From the NCBI GenBank assembly GCA_964391325.1, contig CAYMJM010000003.1:3211-67210 (forward strand): a stretch of 64,000 nucleotides of DNA, read 5' to 3'. Both the position numbers and the translations under genes were made by a program. The notes under the pieces were generated by a model, which worked only from the letters and a program-made list of their open reading frames with translations, did no database searches and was not told the origin of the DNA. Of this stretch, positions 9,199 to 18,645 are shown piece after piece (position 1 is the stretch's first letter; each line of letters starts with the position of its first letter). The DNA is from an uncultured Candidatus Saccharibacteria bacterium. Lineage in GTDB: Bacteria; Patescibacteriota; Dojkabacteria; B142; JAFGMG01.

Positions 9199-9852
9199 AT
9201 GCTTATATCCCAAATCTACAAAAACTATAATATCCCTCCTGGACTTCAATTACATATGTATAGAGTTACTGGAGTTGCATTTATAATATGCAACCATTTT
9301 AATGAGGGTATTGACAGAAATACTATCCTTTCAACCTGCTTTCTTCATGATATGGGAAACATAATTAAATTCAATTTTGATCTACTTCCTGAGTTATTTG
9401 AAGAAAAAGGGATAGAGTATTGGAAACAGGTTCAACAGGAATTTATTAAAAAATATGGTAATGACGAACATACTGCAACTCGAAAGATAGCGGAAGAAAT
9501 CGGTGTAAGTAAAAAAATTATTGATATTCTTGAGAATTTAGGATTTTCAAAAGCTCGCCAAATCTTTTTTTCGACTGATTACAATCTTAAAATATCCAGC
9601 TACGCAGATCAAAGGGTATCTATCAAGGGGATTGTTCCGATGGAAGAAAGGCATCGTGAAGGAAGGACAAGATACCTTAAAAGAAGCGACTTGAAGTCGG
9701 ACAAATCAGTTGAAAAATTTGAAAAACGAGCTGTGTGGATGCAGAAACTAGAGAAGCAAATTTTTGGCAAAACAGATATAAGTCCAACTTTTATCACAGA
9801 CGACGCGGTAAATAAGCAGATCTCAAATTTTTATGATTATGAGATTGTATAG
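9199..9852 (+). CDS. HD-domain protein
   Basis: HMYRV...LHDMGN...EH...YAD.R pattern. Confidence 0.8.
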   Translation: MLISQIYKNYNIPPGLQLHMYRVTGVAFIICNHFNEGIDRNTILSTCFLHDMGNIIKFNFDLLPELFEEKGIEYWKQVQQEFIKKYGNDEHTATRKIAEEIGVSKKIIDILENLGFSKARQIFFSTDYNLKISSYADQRVSIKGIVPMEERHREGRTRYLKRSDLKSDKSVEKFEKRAVWMQKLEKQIFGKTDISPTFITDDAVNKQISNFYDYEIV

Positions 9853-9919
9853 CAGGAGAAGCAATAGATGGAGAAAAAGAGAGTAGAAAGTAGCTTAATT
9901 TAAATATTATAAACAAATC

Positions 9920-10510
9920 ATGAAGCTATTATTTGTACGGCATGGAGAATCAGTAGATGATCTTACTGATCAGTATGGTGGTTGGGGAGACTTTGACTTA
10001 ACCCCCAAAGGAAAAGTGCAGATACAGGAAACAGCAGAGAAGATAAAGGAGTTGGGCATTTCGTTTGATAAAGTACTGACTTCTCCTTTATTAAGAGCTT
10101 GGCAATCAGGAATGGTTATTGCAAATACACTTTCTATCCCGCTTGAAATTTTTCTTTATGCAAAGGAAAAAAATGGAAATGGACTCTTATCAGGTATGAA
10201 TAGAGAAGAAGCTAGAGAGGACTATCCTGAGCTGGTAAATGCTTTGGAACAAGGTTATGTATATGGCGCAGAGCCACAAGAGATGTTTATCGAACGCGTT
10301 AAATTTTCTGTTTCAGTGCTGTTGGAAAAACAGGCAAAAGCCTTAATAGTTGTAACACATGGAGGATACATGGGTGCTCTATTTAAAGAAATACTACATT
10401 TAGAATATCAGAAGACTCATGATGGAGGATTTATTTTATTGGAAGGGGATCATACTGAGAGACTGAAAATTAACACAATAGATGGAATTGATTATAAAGG
10501 CCAGATCTAG
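9920..10510 (+). CDS. Histidine phosphatase family protein
   Basis: RHGES, TSPLLRA, VTHGG. Confidence 0.9.
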   Translation: MKLLFVRHGESVDDLTDQYGGWGDFDLTPKGKVQIQETAEKIKELGISFDKVLTSPLLRAWQSGMVIANTLSIPLEIFLYAKEKNGNGLLSGMNREEAREDYPELVNALEQGYVYGAEPQEMFIERVKFSVSVLLEKQAKALIVVTHGGYMGALFKEILHLEYQKTHDGGFILLEGDHTERLKINTIDGIDYKGQI

Positions 10511-11142
10511 GCTAATTGTAACAGATCCCGAAAGTCAGTAAAAAAATAGTCTGCTCTGAGACTTTTTACTACTTCGTCGATATATAGTTTCTGATTAACT
10601 TCAGGGTAGAATAAAGCTGTTGCTACCCCTGTATTCTTGCCTGCTAAAATATCTTTTTCTGAATCACCAATCATAATAGTTTCTTCAGGATGCGCAGCAA
10701 TTTCTCTCATGGCCTTTTCCAGAGGTTCTGGGTCTGGTTTGAATCTGGTGACATCATCGCCACATACTACAGTATCAAATAGATCCTCAAGTTTATTTAT
10801 TCCTAATGCCGGCTTTACCTCTGTACTGTAACTAGTAGATACAATAGCTAATTTTTTTTCCTTAGATTTTAAATCTTCCAGAGTTTCCTTTACATTCGGA
10901 TGCAGTGATACAGATTGCAAACTTGTAGAAACTCTTGGCATCAATTCTACATAAAATTCTTCACCATCCAGCCCATGCTTTTGTGGCCCCTCATAGCCAC
11001 CTCCAAAAAAATCACTAACAATCTGGTCTGAAGTTAGTAGAATATTCTTTTCTTTTAATAATAAATCATAAGCTCTCAGCCATAGAGATAGTGTATCTGC
11101 TAAGCATCCATCCCAGTCAAAAAGAAAGTATTGATATTTCAT
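10507..11142 (-). CDS. HAD-superfamily hydrolase (PpaX/phosphoglycolate phosphatase-like)
   Basis: FDWDGCLADT, KPDPEP, MIGDSEKD. Confidence 0.9.
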   Translation of the reverse strand: MKYQYFLFDWDGCLADTLSLWLRAYDLLLKEKNILLTSDQIVSDFFGGGYEGPQKHGLDGEEFYVELMPRVSTSLQSVSLHPNVKETLEDLKSKEKKLAIVSTSYSTEVKPALGINKLEDLFDTVVCGDDVTRFKPDPEPLEKAMREIAAHPEETIMIGDSEKDILAGKNTGVATALFYPEVNQKLYIDEVVKSLRADYFFTDFRDLLQLA

Positions 11143-12294
11143 AGGCGTGGTTCCAAATTATCCTACGATTATAGCTTAAGGCAATCACATTGTCCATGTG
11201 AGTTTACTATACATAACTTTTACTGTAGAATACTATCTGTCTATTTTTATATTTTTATTAAAGTGGAAAATAGCATAACTTCTTCAGATGACGAGCCTCC
11301 GCATTCGCGGTTAAGTGTAATTTCCCCAAAGTCTCAATACCAAACAGTCAAATTTTTGAAAACTCAAAAGTATCGGAGGAGTAACGTAGCTGACTTAGAA
11401 ATATATGTAGAACATGATATTACAAGGGCGGAAAGTTTATGGAATTTGTTCAGCCCGAAAAATTCTCTTTTTGATCTGTGGAGCTTTAGGTTGGCATTTT
11501 GGCAGGCTTATCAGCACCTACCTTATTTCGTGGTTGCGAAAGATAAAAAGATAAATATTGGCGTAATCCCTCTATGGTATGAACGGGATACCAAAAAATA
11601 TACTTGGTTTGGAAGCTATTGGCATGAGGATAACAATTTATGGATCACAAGCCCAAAATATATTAGACCAGTATTAGAGCATATACCAAAAGGTACTATT
11701 TTAAACTCTATCCTCCCTTTTTTGTATAGAAGTAAATTACTAGGCTTTGTTCCTGATGAGCCTAAATATGTTATTGATGTATATAAGTTTAGGTCGATCG
11801 AAGAGTATTTCTTGGCATTGCCGAAGAGGAATCGCGATAAATTGAAAGCTGATTATAAGAGGATAAATAAGCTATCGCCAAAACTAATTATCAATCGATG
11901 GAGTGATTTTGGTACTTTGATCAAATTGAGTCAACAAAGACTGGTAAGTATTGGGGAGATTCCTGACACATATGATAAAAGGAGATTATGTACATTTAGA
12001 AATATTATAAAAAATTCAGGAGAGCTGCAGGAGTATGAAGTTAAATTGTTGACTATAGAAATTGAAGGACAGATAGCAGCTGTTGATTTAATTTGTGTAT
12101 ACAATAACAGATATTATTCGATCAGGGGAGGAAACGACATAAAAAATTTCCCAGGTGTCGGTAATTATATACACCTTATGGAAATTGAAGATGCAATTAA
12201 GTTGGGTAAAGAAAAGGTCGATTTTCTTGCTACAGACTGTAACTGGAAACATAAGTGGACCAAACCAATGGCTCTTTATAAGTACGTAAGATAG
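11131..12294 (+). CDS. GNAT-family protein (CelD/BcsL, Acetyltransf_6-like); true start probably downstream, about 11263-11390
   Basis: EEYFLALPKRNRDKLK, IEGQIAAVDL, GVGNYIHLMEIEDAIKLGKEKVDFL...WKHKW. Confidence 0.7.
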   Translation: MIFHRRGSKLSYDYSLRQSHCPCEFTIHNFYCRILSVYFYIFIKVENSITSSDDEPPHSRLSVISPKSQYQTVKFLKTQKYRRSNVADLEIYVEHDITRAESLWNLFSPKNSLFDLWSFRLAFWQAYQHLPYFVVAKDKKINIGVIPLWYERDTKKYTWFGSYWHEDNNLWITSPKYIRPVLEHIPKGTILNSILPFLYRSKLLGFVPDEPKYVIDVYKFRSIEEYFLALPKRNRDKLKADYKRINKLSPKLIINRWSDFGTLIKLSQQRLVSIGEIPDTYDKRRLCTFRNIIKNSGELQEYEVKLLTIEIEGQIAAVDLICVYNNRYYSIRGGNDIKNFPGVGNYIHLMEIEDAIKLGKEKVDFLATDCNWKHKWTKPMALYKYVR

Positions 12295-12365
12295 GATAAG
12301 AATGCAAATTTGTTTGTATCTTGTCATAAAAATAATATAATAGCACTGCTGTTAGAGTATATTTA

Positions 12366-13511
12366 ATGTTCCTATTCTTTTTTGGACGCGATCAGGTTCT
12401 CTCGAAACTTGAGTTGACCATGGTTTTTAAAAAAGAAGGTGTTTTATTTGAGAAAGTTTATGAGGAAGAAAAATTTGTAATCATAGATTTTCCACGAATA
12501 CCAGATTTTGAGAAATTAATTTCCCAATTAGGCGGCACAGTGAGAATTGCAAAGGTATACTATGGAGCAGAAAAATTATCCGAGGAATTTGTAGACAAGC
12601 TGGATTTTTACTTCCCAAAAAATTTTAATTATGCGGTTGAGGGGATTAATTTGACTGTAGATGAAGTAAATGAAGTGGAAGGATATATTAAAAAAGCTAT
12701 TAGGCAGTATAAGTCTAAGGGTGTACAGAAGCATGCTACTCTCAGTATAGTAGTCCCCAGCAACTATTTCTCTTGGAAACTTGAAGAGGGTTTTGAGCTA
12801 TTTGTCCTGAAGATCAAAAATAAATACTTTTTTGCCCAGACACTGGAGTGTACCAATCCCAGACAATATGAATATAAAGACAATAAACGCCCTGTCCAAA
12901 AGCTCACCAGAGGCACGTCTTTTCGCCTGGCCCAGATGATGGTGAATTGCCTTGACCTGGGAAAAGGAAGAACCCTAGTAGATCCCTTTTGTGGAATTGG
13001 CACATTTCTTATAGAAGGTATGATAGCGGGATATAATGTTATAGGTATCGATAACGAGGAGGAAATGATACAAGCCTCTCTACGTAATATTGAGTGGGCA
13101 AGAAAAGAGTTTGGTTTAAGTACCTCCTATAAACTATTCACACAGAATGCGCAGGAAGCACAATTTGAAGCAGATGGATGTGTCTTTGAGCCTTTTATGG
13201 GACCGTTCATGACTAAGCTGCCAAATAAGCAAAGAGCCATTAAAGTAATGCAAAGACTAGAAGAACTTTACTTGGAGGTATTTGAGAATTTAAACAGATC
13301 TCTGAAAAAATTTGCACCTGTAGTATGCGTCCTCCCGTACTTGGAAACGCAGGATGGCGATATTATTCAATTATCTTCTAGATTTTTCAAAGGAATCAAA
13401 TTTGATATAGCTTCAATGTATGAGCATTTTCAGATAAACAATCCGATTGACTATGATACGCCTGCTGGATCGAGGATTAGAAGGAGGATATATCTTTTTA
13501 AAAAACAGTAG
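12366..13511 (+). CDS. THUMP-containing class I RNA methyltransferase (Trm11/TrmG10-like)
   Basis: LGGTVRI, RLAQMMVN, LVDPFCGIGTFLIEG, GID and a FEPFMG motif. Confidence 0.75.
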   Translation: MFLFFFGRDQVLSKLELTMVFKKEGVLFEKVYEEEKFVIIDFPRIPDFEKLISQLGGTVRIAKVYYGAEKLSEEFVDKLDFYFPKNFNYAVEGINLTVDEVNEVEGYIKKAIRQYKSKGVQKHATLSIVVPSNYFSWKLEEGFELFVLKIKNKYFFAQTLECTNPRQYEYKDNKRPVQKLTRGTSFRLAQMMVNCLDLGKGRTLVDPFCGIGTFLIEGMIAGYNVIGIDNEEEMIQASLRNIEWARKEFGLSTSYKLFTQNAQEAQFEADGCVFEPFMGPFMTKLPNKQRAIKVMQRLEELYLEVFENLNRSLKKFAPVVCVLPYLETQDGDIIQLSSRFFKGIKFDIASMYEHFQINNPIDYDTPAGSRIRRRIYLFKKQ

Positions 13512-13512
13512 A

Positions 13513-14841
13513 ATGAGAACTTTGTATGATGAATATCGAGAAAAGCTTGCAGATTTTGTGAAGATTTCCAGTATTTCGATGGATAAAAAATACGAGGAAG
13601 AGCTAGAAGCGGCAGCTGAGTGGATTGAAGAGCTGCTGGATAACAAAGGATTATCAGTTGACGTGGTTGAGGGATATGGCAATCCAATTATAATTGCGGA
13701 TTATCAGGTGAGTAATTCTGCGGATACTTATTTGATATATGGACATTACGATGTTCAGCCAGCCAGCCAAGAGGCTGGCTGGCTGGATAATCCCTTTAAG
13801 CTAACAGAGTCTCAAGATAGACTGATTGCAAGGGGGGTAGTTGATAACAAGGGGCAAATTTTATTATACCTGACAGTGATTTTCGATTTGATAAAGCATG
13901 GAAAACTTAGGCACAATATTAAGTTTTTAATAGAGGGGGGAGAAGAGGTAGGATCCCCTAATATTGATAAATTTATTGAGAAGTATAAAGATACACTAAG
14001 CTCAGATTGTATTTTGATATCAGATGGGGCCATGCTAGGGGACCATCCAATCCTTGAAGTCGGATTTCGTGGTACCCTGAATGTGCACTTGATTTTGAAA
14101 ACTGCGGAAACCGATATGCACTCGGGAGAGTATGGTGGAGCTATCCCAAATGCTGCCCATGAACTTACTACGCTTCTATCAAAACTATATTTAAAAAATA
14201 GACAGATAAACATTCAAGGCTTTTATGATGATGTTCAATCAGTCAAGCCTCAATTTGCGCAACAGCAAAAAAGTGTAAGGTATAGCGTTGGAGAACTTAG
14301 AAAAAGTACGGGTGTGAAAGAAATTCTCACGGAGCCTAATCTAAGCATATTTTCCCAAACTGGAATGAGACCTTCTATAGAAGCTACTTCATTAAAATCC
14401 GGATATCTGGAAGAGGGTTTTAAAAATGCTATCCCTTCTCGTGCTGATGCGAAACTGAATATTAGATTGGTGCCCGCACAAAAACCTGAAAGAGTAGTAA
14501 CACTTTTGAAAAGGTTTATAGAGACAAAGTTACCTTCCTATGTTGAGTATCAGCTTCTCTCAACTGAATCTGATCATAATGAGCCCATAGTCATTAATAT
14601 TGATAATGATTACGCAAAAAAAGCAAAAAGGCTACTAAAAGAAGTTTATAAAAATCAAGTAATAGAGCACTATGTAGGAGGAACACTGCCTATCGTGAAA
14701 TATTTTCAGGATCTTTTGAAAATTCCGCAACTGTCAATTCCTCTTGCGAACCAGGACTGCCGTATGCATGGAGTAAATGAAAATTTTGAGATCAAGAAGA
14801 TTATAAAGGGTCTGGAATTTATCAAGCAATTTTTAATATAA
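13513..14841 (+). CDS. M20/M25/M40 family metallo-dipeptidase
   Basis: YGHYDVQP, RGVVDNKG, EGGEE, DMHSG, MHGVNE. Start placed at ATG 13513, just after the upstream stop. Confidence 0.9.
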   Translation: MRTLYDEYREKLADFVKISSISMDKKYEEELEAAAEWIEELLDNKGLSVDVVEGYGNPIIIADYQVSNSADTYLIYGHYDVQPASQEAGWLDNPFKLTESQDRLIARGVVDNKGQILLYLTVIFDLIKHGKLRHNIKFLIEGGEEVGSPNIDKFIEKYKDTLSSDCILISDGAMLGDHPILEVGFRGTLNVHLILKTAETDMHSGEYGGAIPNAAHELTTLLSKLYLKNRQINIQGFYDDVQSVKPQFAQQQKSVRYSVGELRKSTGVKEILTEPNLSIFSQTGMRPSIEATSLKSGYLEEGFKNAIPSRADAKLNIRLVPAQKPERVVTLLKRFIETKLPSYVEYQLLSTESDHNEPIVINIDNDYAKKAKRLLKEVYKNQVIEHYVGGTLPIVKYFQDLLKIPQLSIPLANQDCRMHGVNENFEIKKIIKGLEFIKQFLI

Positions 14842-14895
14842 ATGCAATAAAAACATAAAAAAGTAGTTATTAGTTTACTTGGTTACATTCATAAA

Positions 14896-15078
14896 ATGAA
14901 TACAGAGTATTTTTGGTTTATTGCTTCAGGCATTTTCTGCCTTTTTGCAATTATTATTTTCCTTAGTGGAATTTATCTTTATCGAAAAGATCACAAATCC
15001 GTTTCAATTATTGCGATCTTGCTTTCTCTTCTTTTGACCTGTGCTTGCTCAACTTTTGTTACCGCTTTGTTAGTTTGA
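14896..15078 (+). CDS. Small two-helix membrane protein
   Basis: Two hydrophobic stretches separated by RKDHK; fills an intergenic gap. Confidence 0.55.
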   Translation: MNTEYFWFIASGIFCLFAIIIFLSGIYLYRKDHKSVSIIAILLSLLLTCACSTFVTALLV

Positions 15079-15468
15079 ACCTTCTGCTTCTATAATGGAC
15101 AGTATTATCTCGCGTTTTCTGGGACCATCAAGCTCAACTACGATTACTCTCTGCCACATCCCTAATATTAATTTCCCCTCGTCAAAAGGCAGTAGTAGTT
15201 GCGGACCAATGATACTTGACATGATATGATCTGGCACATGATCTGGATTATGAGGATGGCGGTAGTTTAGCTTTGGTACCATCTCCACAAATGCATCAAG
15301 CATATCTAGATCTGTACCGGGATCAAGATCCGCTGTAGTTAAAGCAGCTGTTGTATGTAGTACAAGAAGATTACAGAGACCGCCAGTAGATGGAAGCTCT
15401 TGCTCTATAAGCTTAGTTATATCAATAATTTGTTTATTTTGCTGTGTGTTTATAATAATTTTCTTCAC
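15070..15468 (-). CDS. YjbQ/UPF0047 family protein
   Basis: HTTAAL, Y.H...H..DHI.SSIIG, LGMWQ, ELDGPRKR. Confidence 0.9.
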   Translation of the reverse strand: MKKIIINTQQNKQIIDITKLIEQELPSTGGLCNLLVLHTTAALTTADLDPGTDLDMLDAFVEMVPKLNYRHPHNPDHVPDHIMSSIIGPQLLLPFDEGKLILGMWQRVIVVELDGPRKREIILSIIEAEGSN

Positions 15469-16298
15469 TTTATGTTGTGTTTTCTAACGTATTCAAATAG
15501 AAACTGTCCCGCGTATGCGGCATAACCGTTGAAGTAATTCTTATACCATTTCCGCATTTGCTCGTAATTGAGTCTAGAGGAAAGGTTGTATAGCTTTATT
15601 AGAAATCTCTGCCCCCAGATGTCTAGAGGGGTGACGTTCGAAAAGCCAAGTGAATAAGTAAGTATACAATCAGCTACTTTCGGTCCTACACCTTCTAACT
15701 GTAGCAGATTCCCGCGTGCCTGTTCCTCGTCCATACTCTTAATTGTTTCGTTTATTTGGGCTTGGAGCAAGGAGTTCGCACTCCTTTTTATGTACTCAGC
15801 CCTATATCCTAGTTTTGCTTGTCTTAGTGTTTCTATAGGGGCGTGAGCAATTTCCTCTGTTGCTGGATATAAATAAAATCTGTGGAAATTTATCTTTATA
15901 TCTTTTCCTAAGTTCTTAGAAAGTAGTTTTCTACTTTGGCGAATAAGTTTGAGATTCCTATTAGTAGAGCTGATGAAATTTAGAACAGTTTGTTCAAAAG
16001 GCTGCCTAAGAATTTTAATATTACCAAATTCCTGAATAGCTTTAGTCACATGCAAATCTCTTCTGATCTCAGCTATAATTGTTTCATATGCTTCATCTAA
16101 AGCAAAGTATTTTTTTATCAATTGATAATTATCTTTCTGAGGGTAGGTTTGCCATAGAATACCAGTCTGTATAGGCTTGATCCTGATAATAGCTTCCTGC
16201 GTACTTGCAAAGTACTCATCATCAACCGGCTCCCAGTTGAAGTCTTGTCCGCCTAGTAAAGTTATAGGAAGGTTGTAGTTGAATTCCAATTCATTCAT
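15465..16298 (-). CDS. 8-oxoguanine DNA glycosylase (Ogg1-like, HhH-GPD)
   Basis: TLLGGQDFNW, ILRQP.E, LGYRAEYI, LEGVGPKVADC, PLDIW, AYAGQFLF. Confidence 0.9.
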   Translation of the reverse strand: MNELEFNYNLPITLLGGQDFNWEPVDDEYFASTQEAIIRIKPIQTGILWQTYPQKDNYQLIKKYFALDEAYETIIAEIRRDLHVTKAIQEFGNIKILRQPFEQTVLNFISSTNRNLKLIRQSRKLLSKNLGKDIKINFHRFYLYPATEEIAHAPIETLRQAKLGYRAEYIKRSANSLLQAQINETIKSMDEEQARGNLLQLEGVGPKVADCILTYSLGFSNVTPLDIWGQRFLIKLYNLSSRLNYEQMRKWYKNYFNGYAAYAGQFLFEYVRKHNIK

Positions 16299-16364
16299 AC
16301 AAATAATTCTAACATGTCATCAATATAGTTTTGCAGAAAGTAGAGAATTGAATTATCATTAGTT

Positions 16365-17654
16365 ATGGAATTGATAGTAGATTTACACATACACTCACAC
16401 TTCTCTCGGGCAACCAGTAAAGAGATGAACATAGCATCTCTTTATAGGTGGGGTAAGATAAAGGGAATTAACGTCATTGGTACCGGAGATTTTACACATC
16501 CACTTTGGTATAAAGAGCTTATGGATAAGCTGGAGCCTGCCGAGCCAGGATTATTTAGACTTAAAGAGGAGTATGCCAAAGAGCAGGATGACCAACTTCC
16601 TGAGATTTTAAAAGGGAAGTTAATCAGGTTTATCCTCACAGTTGAAATTAGTAATATTTACTCGAAAAACAATCAAGTACGTAAACTCCATAATGTACTT
16701 ATAGCTCCAAGTTTCCAAGCTGTTGCAGAAATAAATGATAGGCTTTCCAAAATCGGAAACTTGAAAGCGGATGGGAGACCAATTCTAGGGCTCGATAGTA
16801 AAGAACTGCTTCGGATTTCTATGGAAACCAATCCTGATAACTTTTTTATTCCAGCTCACATATGGACACCCTGGTTTTCTATGTTTGGCTCAAAATCAGG
16901 CTTCAATGCTATCGAAGAAGCCTTCGAAGAATTATCTCCAGCAATAAAAGCAGTTGAAACTGGTTTATCTTCTGATCCATACATGAACTGGAGAATCAAT
17001 GAGTTGCAAAACGTGACTTTGGTTTCTAATTCAGATGCTCACTCTCCTTGGAAGCTGGGAAGGGAGGCTAATACACTAGATTGTAAGTTGTCTTATTATG
17101 AAATTATTAATGCAATCAAAAAAGGAGATGAACGCTTTATAGGAACAATTGAGTTTTACCCTGAGGAAGGAAAATACCATTATGATGGACATAGAGTCTG
17201 TAAATTTCGCTGTAACCCAGAGAAAACAAAAGATTTAAAAGGAATATGTCCCAAATGCGGGAAGCCTTTGGTCGTTGGTGTGCAGAGTAGGGTATCTGAA
17301 TTATCGGACAATCCGTTTGATTACAGACCTAAAACATATAAAAAGGTTGAGTATATCATTCCACTTCCAGAGATTCTTTCCGAATTACGAGGAGTCAAGA
17401 ATCCACAATCCAAAACAATTAATAGTATGTATGAAGAAATGTATTCGAAATTAGGAGACGAGTTTAGTATACTCCGTATAGTTCCAATAGAAGAAATTCG
17501 TACTGCTGGATTCAGTGCTATCGCAGAAGGGATAAGCAGGATGCGACAAGGTAAAGTAACAGTTGAACCGGGCTATGATGGTATTTATGGAGTTATCAGA
17601 GTTTTTGAAGAAGGAGGAACAGAAAGAATAACAGGACAGCAAAAATTACTTTAA
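16365..17654 (+). CDS. Endonuclease Q family protein (PHP plus Zn ribbon)
   Basis: DLHIHSHFSRATS, GTGDFTHP, PAHIWTPW, ETGLSSD, SNSDAHS, GKYHYDGHR.C, CPKCG, PGYDG.YG. Confidence 0.9.
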   Translation: MELIVDLHIHSHFSRATSKEMNIASLYRWGKIKGINVIGTGDFTHPLWYKELMDKLEPAEPGLFRLKEEYAKEQDDQLPEILKGKLIRFILTVEISNIYSKNNQVRKLHNVLIAPSFQAVAEINDRLSKIGNLKADGRPILGLDSKELLRISMETNPDNFFIPAHIWTPWFSMFGSKSGFNAIEEAFEELSPAIKAVETGLSSDPYMNWRINELQNVTLVSNSDAHSPWKLGREANTLDCKLSYYEIINAIKKGDERFIGTIEFYPEEGKYHYDGHRVCKFRCNPEKTKDLKGICPKCGKPLVVGVQSRVSELSDNPFDYRPKTYKKVEYIIPLPEILSELRGVKNPQSKTINSMYEEMYSKLGDEFSILRIVPIEEIRTAGFSAIAEGISRMRQGKVTVEPGYDGIYGVIRVFEEGGTERITGQQKLL

Positions 17655-17700
17655 ATATAACCATCCTATTGAAAAATAAAATATTTTTTATGATAAATAT

Positions 17701-18627
17701 ATGTATAAAATAATTGGACATTTATCCCCAGATACTGATTCTACTTGTGCTCCTATTGTTTATGCTTGGTATCTAAGGCACAAAGATATGGACGTAAAGC
17801 CTTTTATTACGGGAGATCTCAACCGTGAAGCAGCTTATGTGCTAGAACATTTTGGTGTAGCCAAACCGGAATTACTAGAATCGCTCAGTAAAGAGGATAA
17901 ATATTTTCTAGTCGACACAAATAACCCTGAAGAACTTGTAAGCGGATATGATAAAGCTGAGTTAATGGGAATAGTGGATCACCATAAATTAGTTGGTGGA
18001 TTAAACACTGAATCTCCAATTCATATTACTATCCGTCCAGTTGCATGTACGATGACAGTTATCTGGGAGTTGATGGAGAGAGATGGTATTACAGATATTC
18101 CGCAGGATGTGGCTGGGCTTATGCTGGCTGCTATTCTTTCAGATACGTTAAAATTTACCAGCCCAACCACTACAAATATTGATAAAGAGATCGCAGAGAA
18201 GCTGGCAGATATAGCAAGGGAAGATATGGATAAGTTAGCGGAGGAGATGTTTGCTGCAAAATCTAACTTAGAAGGAATGTCAGCTAAAGACATACTATTA
18301 TCCGACAGCAAGAAATTTGACTTAAATGATAAAAAGCTGAGGGTATCAGTGCTGGAAACTACGAAGCCAGAAAATTCACTAAGCCTGAAAGAGGGTCTGC
18401 TTGATGCCATGCAAGAGATAAAAGAAGAGGAGAAGTTGGACGGATTTTTCTTCTTTATCGTGGATATTTTGAATACAGAATCTCATTTAATAGTACCAGG
18501 AGAATTTGAGGTAGAGCTAGCACAAAAAGCTTTTGAAGGCAGGTTTGCGGATAAGGCGATGCGACTGCCAGGAGTTGTTTCGAGAAAGAAGCAAATGATA
18601 CCGAATATTCAAAAAACACTGTCTTAA
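17701..18627 (+). CDS. ppaC: Manganese-dependent inorganic pyrophosphatase (family II)
   Basis: GH..PDTDS, DHH, ILSDTL.F.SPTTT, SRKKQ. Confidence 0.94.
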   Translation: MYKIIGHLSPDTDSTCAPIVYAWYLRHKDMDVKPFITGDLNREAAYVLEHFGVAKPELLESLSKEDKYFLVDTNNPEELVSGYDKAELMGIVDHHKLVGGLNTESPIHITIRPVACTMTVIWELMERDGITDIPQDVAGLMLAAILSDTLKFTSPTTTNIDKEIAEKLADIAREDMDKLAEEMFAAKSNLEGMSAKDILLSDSKKFDLNDKKLRVSVLETTKPENSLSLKEGLLDAMQEIKEEEKLDGFFFFIVDILNTESHLIVPGEFEVELAQKAFEGRFADKAMRLPGVVSRKKQMIPNIQKTLS

Positions 18628-18645
18628 AACTGCAGAAAGACTAAA

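Noticed and set aside
8967-9200. tRNA-Lys (and tRNA-Cys/Leu) as integration sites of an island
   Set aside because: I saw no integrase and no duplicated tRNA 3' end in the window.
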